A DNA stretch of 64,000 bases from Candidatus Multivorans sp. Its GTDB lineage: Bacteria; Acidobacteriota; Thermoanaerobaculia; Multivoradales; Multivoraceae. The notes under the pieces were generated by a model, which made no database searches, was not told where the DNA came from, and worked only from the letters and a program-made list of their open reading frames with translations. The translations under genes and the position numbers were made by a program. The stretch covers positions 3,488,001 through 3,552,000 of the forward strand of contig OZ245033.1 of assembly GCA_965224025.1 (NCBI GenBank), in the 5' to 3' direction. Below are positions 57,209-64,000 of this stretch, piece after piece. Position 1 is the stretch's first letter, and each line of letters begins with the position of its first letter.

Positions 57209-60142
57209 TCAGACGCGGAGTACCTTCATCACTTCGTCGCCGAGGTGGTTGATGACCTTGACGGCGACGCGGCCTGAACTTGGGCGCGGGAACGGGCGCG
57301 AGATATCGCTGTGGAGGGTCTCCCAGGCTTCGCGGTCTATCTCGGCTTTGAGGGTGGTCTTGAGGGACTGGTAGGGATCGTTGGCGCCAAGGAAGTAGGC
57401 GTGGCGCACGAAGAAGCTCTCGCCGTTGTAGTCGGTGTCGATGAACCAGCAGGCGATCCCGTCGGCGGAGTCGCTGCGGACCTTGCCGGTGCGGGGATCG
57501 AAGACGTCTACGCCGTTGAGCTTGACCTGGAACTGCTCTTCGCCACCGTTGTCGGCGGGTGCACGGAGGATGTCGATATCGGGTTCGCCGAAGATGACGA
57601 AGAGGTTGCCCTTGCCGGTGTTCTTGAGGTCCTCGGCCATGTGGAGGTCGGCGTTCATCCGGGCCTTGAGCACCGGAACCCGACCGAGCTTGCTGAACTC
57701 GGAGGCTTGGGCGTCGTAGCTGAAGGCGCAGGAGATTACGACGTCGAAGCCGGCGTCGGCGGCCTCCCGGGCTGCGTCGACGAGGTCGGGGCGCGTCACG
57801 CTCCCGAACTCCGGCCCGATCAGGATGCCGGCGCGGCGATCCTCTCCGCTTCCGGCCTCCAAGTAGGAACCTTCGGCTGCGATCATCTTGCCTGGCCAGC
57901 AGCATAGCGACGTGAACTTGATCCGATCTTCTCGATGCGCCTGCTGGACGCCGGCGATGCGGAGTTGTTCCAGGATCATGCCGCCGAAGTCCTGGCCGGT
58001 CCCGTTCGTCTTCCGCGCTTCCCCGATCGTGTCGACGAGATTGTCTTCCTCGTCGATGAGCAGCGAACGGTGGGGAGAGAGTGACTCGACCGTGAAGGGG
58101 CCTGCCACCCGCACCTTCTTCTTATCCTTGTAGGGCTTGTCGTACAGGTACTCGAAGTCGGCCTTCGCGGCTATCGAGGCATCGATCTCCTTCTGCCGGC
58201 CGATGCGGGCGTTCCAGAAGGTGGCCAGCGCGTCCCCGGCCTCTGCCGGCCAGTCGGCCGGACGGTCCCGGGGCACTTCCCATTCGAGCAGCGCGTTCGC
58301 GGGTGTTTCCTCGCCGGAAGGCAGCGTCGCCTTGGCGCCGGGCGGCGCCTGGAAGTCGATGGTCTCGCCCTTCCGCCCGCCGACCTCGACTTTCCAGGGC
58401 TCGCCATGCCCGGCGAGCGCCCGGTTCAGACGCTCAAGAGCGGCCTCGACCTTCGGTTGCAGCCGCTCCCAGATGACGTCGATCTCGGCGTTGTTGGCGA
58501 TCGCCTTGAGGGTGATGTGGGGAACGCTCTCGTAGACGAAGCCTTGCCGCAGCCTCCCGTAGGTGGCTGTCTGCTTCGGAGCGGTTCGAGTGATCGCCGC
58601 TTCCTTCTTCTGTCCTTCCTGGCTGTCGGCAAGGAGGTAGTACGCGTAGCGCGCGCCCATGACGCGGGCACGGGCCAGGGCGAGAGCCACGCGGGAGGTG
58701 TCGATCGTGATCCAGCGTCTGCCCCACTGCTCGGCAACGTACGCGGTGGTGCCGGAGCCGCAAGTGGGGTCCAGCACGAGATCGCCCGGGTCTGTCGTCA
58801 TAAGAAGGCACCGCTGAATCACTGTTTGTGATGTCTGGACGACATACGTCTTGTTGGCCATAAAACTCGCGCCAACATCATCCCAGCGGTTCGTGACCTT
58901 GAGAGCAGGAAAATCCGCCAACAAACGGACGTAGCCAACCCGCTGCCGAGTGGACTCTAGACGTGTAGCCGCCCTCAAACGTGACATGCCCTTTTGGTTC
59001 GTCTTCCATCGCACTGAAAGCGATGGTTTGAAGACGCGGCCGTGGAGATTGATCCCAAACCAGGAGGACGCACCCTCTCCTTTGTCTCGCCCGGAACTCT
59101 GCGAAGTCAAGTTATCGAGGCTGTACACATGGAGGTCGTCCGGCGATGCCGCGCCCGCCGATCGGGTTCGCCCGAGGGGCTGACTACGTCCCATGCGGTC
59201 CCGAACACGATTGTAGTTCGTGCCGCCGGGCTTTCCCGCTTCCTTACGTCTAAGCAATGTTCGGTACTTCGCCTGGCGCTTGTCTCGGCAGTACCAGAGC
59301 AGATAGTCCGTCGTCTGCCCAAGAAAAGCCTCCGTAGAGCCGGTCGTCTTGGCGAATCCGACCAAAGACACGAAGTTCTCCTCCCCGAACACCTCATCCA
59401 TAACCGCCCGCACGCGATGCACGTTCTCGTCCCCAATCTGCACGAACACCGACCCGCTCTCCGTCAACAGCTCCCGCGCCACCGTCAGCCGGTCCCTCAG
59501 GTAGCTCAGATACGAGTGGATGCCGTCCCGCCAGGTATCCCGGAACGCCTTGACCTGCTCCGGTTCCCGGGTGATGTGATCCGCCTTGCCGTCCTTCACG
59601 TCCCGGCTGGTCGTGGACCACTGGAAGTTCGAGTTGAACTTGATGCCGTAAGGCGGGTCGATGTAGATGCACTGGACCTTGCCTCGGAGACCCTCCCGGT
59701 CAGCCAGTGACGCCATGACCTGGAGCGAATCGCCCAGGATCATCCGGTTCGACCAGTTCGCTTCGTGCTGGTAGAACTCGGTGCGCGCCTCCGGCGACGG
59801 CAGGCCGTTGAAGTCGTCGAACAGCGACGCCTGGTCCTCCGGCGCCTTGCCCTCTGCGGCGACCCGCTTCAGGTCGTCGATCAGGGCCTTCGGGTGGACC
59901 TTCTCCTGGATGAAAAGCGGCGGCGCCTGGACCTCGAACTCGTCGTCGTAGTTCTTGCCGCGCCAAACGAGTTGCGGATCGAGGTCGCGGTTCCGCCGTT
60001 TGACCGCGCGACGAATCGGCGTCTGCTCCTCCGCCGACATGACGGACTGGTGCTCCGCCGAAGGCAGGTTCGGCCGCTTCGCCTCATCGTGGCGGAAGGA
60101 CTCGACCCGCTTGGGCTGCTTGTATCCGCGCTTCCTCGGCAC
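57209..60142 (-). CDS. Site-specific DNA adenine methyltransferase (type III Mod-like, beta class)
   Basis: NRMILGDSL, IYIDPPYG (motif IV) precedes DPTCGSGTT (motif I); C-terminal AVKVINHLGDE; GTG at 60142. Confidence 0.92.
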   Translation of the reverse strand: MPRKRGYKQPKRVESFRHDEAKRPNLPSAEHQSVMSAEEQTPIRRAVKRRNRDLDPQLVWRGKNYDDEFEVQAPPLFIQEKVHPKALIDDLKRVAAEGKAPEDQASLFDDFNGLPSPEARTEFYQHEANWSNRMILGDSLQVMASLADREGLRGKVQCIYIDPPYGIKFNSNFQWSTTSRDVKDGKADHITREPEQVKAFRDTWRDGIHSYLSYLRDRLTVARELLTESGSVFVQIGDENVHRVRAVMDEVFGEENFVSLVGFAKTTGSTEAFLGQTTDYLLWYCRDKRQAKYRTLLRRKEAGKPGGTNYNRVRDRMGRSQPLGRTRSAGAASPDDLHVYSLDNLTSQSSGRDKGEGASSWFGINLHGRVFKPSLSVRWKTNQKGMSRLRAATRLESTRQRVGYVRLLADFPALKVTNRWDDVGASFMANKTYVVQTSQTVIQRCLLMTTDPGDLVLDPTCGSGTTAYVAEQWGRRWITIDTSRVALALARARVMGARYAYYLLADSQEGQKKEAAITRTAPKQTATYGRLRQGFVYESVPHITLKAIANNAEIDVIWERLQPKVEAALERLNRALAGHGEPWKVEVGGRKGETIDFQAPPGAKATLPSGEETPANALLEWEVPRDRPADWPAEAGDALATFWNARIGRQKEIDASIAAKADFEYLYDKPYKDKKKVRVAGPFTVESLSPHRSLLIDEEDNLVDTIGEARKTNGTGQDFGGMILEQLRIAGVQQAHREDRIKFTSLCCWPGKMIAAEGSYLEAGSGEDRRAGILIGPEFGSVTRPDLVDAAREAADAGFDVVISCAFSYDAQASEFSKLGRVPVLKARMNADLHMAEDLKNTGKGNLFVIFGEPDIDILRAPADNGGEEQFQVKLNGVDVFDPRTGKVRSDSADGIACWFIDTDYNGESFFVRHAYFLGANDPYQSLKTTLKAEIDREAWETLHSDISRPFPRPSSGRVAVKVINHLGDEVMKVLRV

Positions 60143-60144
60143 CG

Positions 60145-60510
60145 TCAGCGCTCGGCGTCCGATGCCGCCGGGGAACCACCCGTCGTCCCGGCAAGGCTGG
60201 CGTCGTCGACATGCTCGGGAAGTTCTTGCGCAGGCGACCTCCCGCGCTCCCGGTCCGCCCCGACGACCGGATGCTTCGATGCCTGCCGGTACAGGTACTC
60301 CGGGGCGAGATCGGCGCCGGTCGGCCACGCGATCGTGTTCCACTCGCGATCGAGACGGAAGGAACGAAAGAGGGCCTGATCCCTCAGGGGTCGGAACACC
60401 TCACCGGAAAGGTGATCCCCCATGTCCAGGACGCCCACGCAGCCATCGTCGAACTCCAGGCGAATCCTGTACGCCTCGAGCCAGGTCGCAGACACCAGTC
60501 TCGGCGTCAC
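60145..60510 (-). CDS. DUF2442 domain protein
   Basis: YRIRLEFDDG, VFRPLRD..LF, TIAWPTGADLAPEYLY; start 60510 or 60528. Confidence 0.85.
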   Translation of the reverse strand: MTPRLVSATWLEAYRIRLEFDDGCVGVLDMGDHLSGEVFRPLRDQALFRSFRLDREWNTIAWPTGADLAPEYLYRQASKHPVVGADRERGRSPAQELPEHVDDASLAGTTGGSPAASDAER

Positions 60511-60514
60511 CTCG

Positions 60515-60775
60515 TCAAACCAGCCCATCGATCCGATCGAGGGACCTTCCCTCGCGCGCCCTTGTCCAGTTGTCGTGAAGCGCCTCCCGGTGCATCTCCA
60601 GCCACTCGGAAACCAGACCCTGCACCCTCGGAGGCAAACGCCCTGCCAGCCTTTCACCGGTGTCTACGGCGAACTGAGCCTCCTCTCCGTCGTACCTCGC
60701 GTGAAAGTGAGGAGGCGCGTGGTCGTTGTAATGCATGGCGATCACGATACCGAAGAACCTGCTGATCTCGGGCAT
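60515..60775 (-). CDS. DUF4160 domain protein
   Basis: MPEISRFFGIVIAM...DHAPPHFHARY...LVSEW...LHDNW. Confidence 0.9.
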   Translation of the reverse strand: MPEISRFFGIVIAMHYNDHAPPHFHARYDGEEAQFAVDTGERLAGRLPPRVQGLVSEWLEMHREALHDNWTRAREGRSLDRIDGLV

Positions 60776-60936
60776 GGGCTCAGGCAGGTTCCGTCGCGCG
60801 AATGCGCGCGGTTACATCCCGAGTCTCGGCGCTGGCTTCGGGCGTCCCGGTTTCCTCCGGTGCTTCCCCGCCAGTCTTCGCCAGTACTGCCATCAGTCGC
60901 ATTCTGCCAAACAGCCGAACTCAGGGCCACGCCACC

Positions 60937-63900
60937 CTACGCCGCCGGTGCGGCCCCCGCCGCATGGCCCTGAACTAGCCGGTCGAAGCCCGCCGCCACG
61001 TCGAACACGTCCGTGAATTCGGCGAACGCCCACCGGCCGTGGGAACCGAGGTTGTTCACTCCCTCGACCCAGTAGGTCTCCGCCGCTTCCTTCTTCGCCT
61101 TCGCGTCTTCCCCGCGGAGTCCCTTGATCTCCACCAGGAGCTGCAGGGGGTCTTCGCGGCCCCGGCCGTCGTCGACCAGCACGATGAAGTCCGGCCGGTA
61201 GCGACGAGCGATCGAGCCATGGAGGTAGGGGATCTCCAGACCCAGGCGGTCGTTCTTCACGTAGGCGAATACCCGGTCATGCGCTTCGGCCACTCGGCAG
61301 AATTCGCCCTCCCACTCGCTGTCGAGCACGGCGTGGTCGACGTGGCAGCGGCGGGGATCGGTCCGGTAGCACCTCTTGGAGGTAACGAAGTGCACGTCCG
61401 CCGTCGTGCCGGTCGGTTGGTACGGATCGAGAACCGCGAGGACGGGGCGCTCCTCCTGCTGCCTGCGGACGATCGCGGCGTGGATTTTCCCGCACGCCAT
61501 GTCGGCCAGTTCACGGTACACGAGCTGGTTCGCGTGGGTGCCTCCCTCGCATTCGAGGTGGGAATCCAGCCATTGCCGCGTGACTCGCTTGAGCTTGCCG
61601 AACAGCGGGTAGTTGAAGTCGCCGTCGCTGTCCCGGTACTTCGTCTCCAGAAGTCTCACGGTGAGGCGGAAGATGAGCGACGACCGCCGGTAGTCGTCCA
61701 GGTGTTCGAGATCGAGGTCGGCCCCCTCGCCGATGATCCCCTCGTTGCGAGTGATCGTCGCGCCGACGAGTTCAGGAGTCAGCGTGAGCGTCGAGTCGGC
61801 CGTGAACTCCGCGGTGACGTGATCATCGGGGAGTTCCACGCGGTAGCCCTCGACCCGGGGGAAGCGGATCTCCGCATGGTCGCGGTCCGGGCTGATCGCC
61901 CGCACGGCGATCGTCGGCTTCACGACCGGCCGCGGCGCAGGCACCGGCTCCGCGGTGAAGTCGAAGGGCACGCCGAACACGTCGGCGTACTCGACGTCGA
62001 AGAGGCCGTGGTCGTTCAGTTCGTACGACTGGCGCCTGAGCGCCCGGCCGATCACCTGCTCGCACAGGAGCTGGGTGCCGAAGGCGCGCACGCCGAGGAT
62101 GTGGGTGACGGTGTTCGCATCCCAGCCTTCGGTGAGCATGGAGACCGAGACCACACAGCGGATCGAGCCGCCGAGCTGGCCCGGCTTTCCAACCGTGTTC
62201 ATGACTTCGCGCAGCAGATCCTCGTCGGTCAGGCTTCCGGCCTTCACCAGGTCTCCGGTGCGGTCCATCTCCTCGCGGCGGAAACGCTCGATCTCGTCCG
62301 CCGCGGCGACCCGGAACGCCTTGTCCAGCCCCTCGCCCGACTCGAGTTGAGCGCTGTCGATGAGCAGCGTGCGGGGCCGCGGCAGCGCGTTGCCGTGGAT
62401 GTCGAAGTTCCTGAACAGCTCGAACCGCCCGTGCTCGAACTTCGTGCTCCCGTCTTCGCGCTCCCGGTCGTAGCCGGAGATGTAGTCGTAGAGCAGCTTC
62501 GATGTCGATGTGTTATTGCAGACCACGATGAAGCACGGGGGACTCACGATGTCCGCCTCGCGCCAGGCCTCGTACACCCCCTCGTAGTGGCCGTAGAGCG
62601 CGTCCAGCGCATTCTGGAGCGGCAGCGGCAGGTTCTGGGGGTCGAGTCCCGCGGCGCCAGCGGTCCGCCTTCCCTTGGGCATCTTCCTGCCGATGTGCCT
62701 CCAGAGTTCCCGGTACATCGGCACGTCGGCGCTCGGCAGGTCGTCCGCTACCGGCACGCGCGGGAGCTTGACGATGCCGCTCTCGATGGCGTCCATCAGC
62801 GAGAAGTCGCTCATCGTCCACGGAAACAGCGTGCCCTCGGCATAGCCCGAGCCGCGCAGGAAGAACGGCGTCGCCGAGAGGTCGAACACGCGGCTCAGCC
62901 CCAGACGGCGGTGAATGCTCTCCAGCCCGGAGATCCACACCCGCGCCGCTTCCTTGTTCGCCTTCGCCTCCTGAAGGTCGTCGTGCTTCGGCTTGGCCTC
63001 CTCCGGGTCGCCGGGCCGTTCCCGATAGCAGTGGTGAGCCTCGTCATTGAAGACGACGATGTTCTTCATGCCCATGAGGTCCGGAACGACCCGCTGGAGC
63101 ATCTGGCCTTCCGTTTCGAGGGTGTCGAGATCCTCCCCGCCGCGACCCCGCAGGAGGGATCGGGCGCCTTTCGACAAGGCCATCCGCTCGCGCCGCTGGA
63201 AGGCGTGGAAGTTCGTGACGACGATCTTCGCGCGGTCGACGTCCGAGACCATGTCCGAAGGAACCAGCCCGCGTCGCCGGTAGTAGTTGTCGGGATCGTT
63301 GGGCTGGAGCACCCGCAGCCGATCGCGGATCGTCAGGCCCGGCGCCACGATCAGAAAGCCGCGGGAGAAGTACGGGCTTCCCGGTCGACGGACCGCGTTG
63401 ACCGTCTGCCACGCGATCAGCATCGCCATGACCATCGTCTTGCCGGCGCCGGTGGCGAGCTTGAGCGCGAGCCGCGGCAACTCACCGTGCTCGGTGTTGA
63501 CTTCCTCCAGCCGCCTCAGAAAGCGGCGGGTCCTGGTGTCCCGCCTCTTCGGAGCCACTTCCGTCAACCAGACGGCCGTCTCCACCGCCTCCACCTGGCA
63601 GAAGAAGGGCCGAATGTCGTTCCAGCCCTCCTCGCGCCGCCAGTGCTGCAGGAGTCGCGCCGTCTCCGGCGTCACCTGCCATTGGGTGGGGCTAGGGAGT
63701 TGGCGCCAGCGGGTGACTTCGGCGCGCAGGTCCTGGATCACCCGCGCCAGGTCGAACTTGGCCCCGTCGGCTTCGTCCGGGTCCCCAGCGAGTTCCAACT
63801 GCGTACCGCCGCCGCGTTTCCTTGGCGACGGAATCGGCGAATCGAACCGGACTTGCCGGCGCGTCTCGATCAACCGATGGGTCGGCTGGCCGTTGCCGTC

Positions 63901-63972
63901 GAGTTCCCAGTTGCGCGACGGCGCCTCGTAGGGGGAGTTGAGGATCGGCTGTTCGAAGAACTTCGGGTTCAT
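60937..63972 (-). CDS. Type III restriction endonuclease Res-like subunit (BPTD_3080-type)
   Basis: FFEQPILNSPY, LATGAGKT, DEAHH, LSATP, MLTEGWD, QVIGRALRR, C-terminal PDF...VEIKG (PD-(D/E)xK). Confidence 0.92.
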   Translation of the reverse strand: MNPKFFEQPILNSPYEAPSRNWELDGNGQPTHRLIETRRQVRFDSPIPSPRKRGGGTQLELAGDPDEADGAKFDLARVIQDLRAEVTRWRQLPSPTQWQVTPETARLLQHWRREEGWNDIRPFFCQVEAVETAVWLTEVAPKRRDTRTRRFLRRLEEVNTEHGELPRLALKLATGAGKTMVMAMLIAWQTVNAVRRPGSPYFSRGFLIVAPGLTIRDRLRVLQPNDPDNYYRRRGLVPSDMVSDVDRAKIVVTNFHAFQRRERMALSKGARSLLRGRGGEDLDTLETEGQMLQRVVPDLMGMKNIVVFNDEAHHCYRERPGDPEEAKPKHDDLQEAKANKEAARVWISGLESIHRRLGLSRVFDLSATPFFLRGSGYAEGTLFPWTMSDFSLMDAIESGIVKLPRVPVADDLPSADVPMYRELWRHIGRKMPKGRRTAGAAGLDPQNLPLPLQNALDALYGHYEGVYEAWREADIVSPPCFIVVCNNTSTSKLLYDYISGYDREREDGSTKFEHGRFELFRNFDIHGNALPRPRTLLIDSAQLESGEGLDKAFRVAAADEIERFRREEMDRTGDLVKAGSLTDEDLLREVMNTVGKPGQLGGSIRCVVSVSMLTEGWDANTVTHILGVRAFGTQLLCEQVIGRALRRQSYELNDHGLFDVEYADVFGVPFDFTAEPVPAPRPVVKPTIAVRAISPDRDHAEIRFPRVEGYRVELPDDHVTAEFTADSTLTLTPELVGATITRNEGIIGEGADLDLEHLDDYRRSSLIFRLTVRLLETKYRDSDGDFNYPLFGKLKRVTRQWLDSHLECEGGTHANQLVYRELADMACGKIHAAIVRRQQEERPVLAVLDPYQPTGTTADVHFVTSKRCYRTDPRRCHVDHAVLDSEWEGEFCRVAEAHDRVFAYVKNDRLGLEIPYLHGSIARRYRPDFIVLVDDGRGREDPLQLLVEIKGLRGEDAKAKKEAAETYWVEGVNNLGSHGRWAFAEFTDVFDVAAGFDRLVQGHAAGAAPAA

Positions 63973-64000
63973 GAGTTAGGGGCTTGGCTGATGACGGACC

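Noticed and set aside
57209-60142. Phase-variable mod (phasevarion)
   Set aside because: No simple-sequence repeat tract found in the gene or its 5' region.
52300-64000. Prophage, ICE or tRNA-anchored mobile element around the defence island
   Set aside because: No integrase, transposase, tRNA or att-like repeat is seen within the window; the far boundary lies outside it.

Overview
GC-rich, gene-dense bacterial DNA. Acidobacterial-type VWA proteins, a PVC-type heme protein and a 'FF..DNAEVLIKVLD.C' repeat domain suggest Acidobacteriota (inference). In order: the 5' part of ahcY behind a decayed LLM-oxidoreductase pseudogene; a PIG-L deacetylase; two VWA proteins; a sugar ABC transporter with an NRAMP-like permease; a PVC-type cytochrome c protein; an ECF sigma/anti-sigma operon with an RND-MFP-RND exporter; a CCA-adding enzyme; a TPR protein; and an S9 peptidase. 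A ~22 kb, mostly minus-strand cluster of unknown function follows (28.6-50.7 kb). It holds three PQQ-like beta-propellers, an Fe-ADH, a HemN-like radical SAM enzyme, a flavin halogenase-like enzyme, DUF3311 plus an SSS transporter, a CxxC-GT4 and a LolD/FtsX-type ABC exporter, and is interrupted by a TonB receptor and a frameshifted metallopeptidase gene. The window ends in a co-oriented defence island (52.4-64 kb): type III-like Res, DUF4160/DUF2442, Mod, ABC ATPase plus DUF4276, a RelE-like/UvrD fusion helicase and hicBA. I found no tRNA, rRNA, CRISPR array, integrase or transposase. Family calls come from motif recognition by eye, not database searches.
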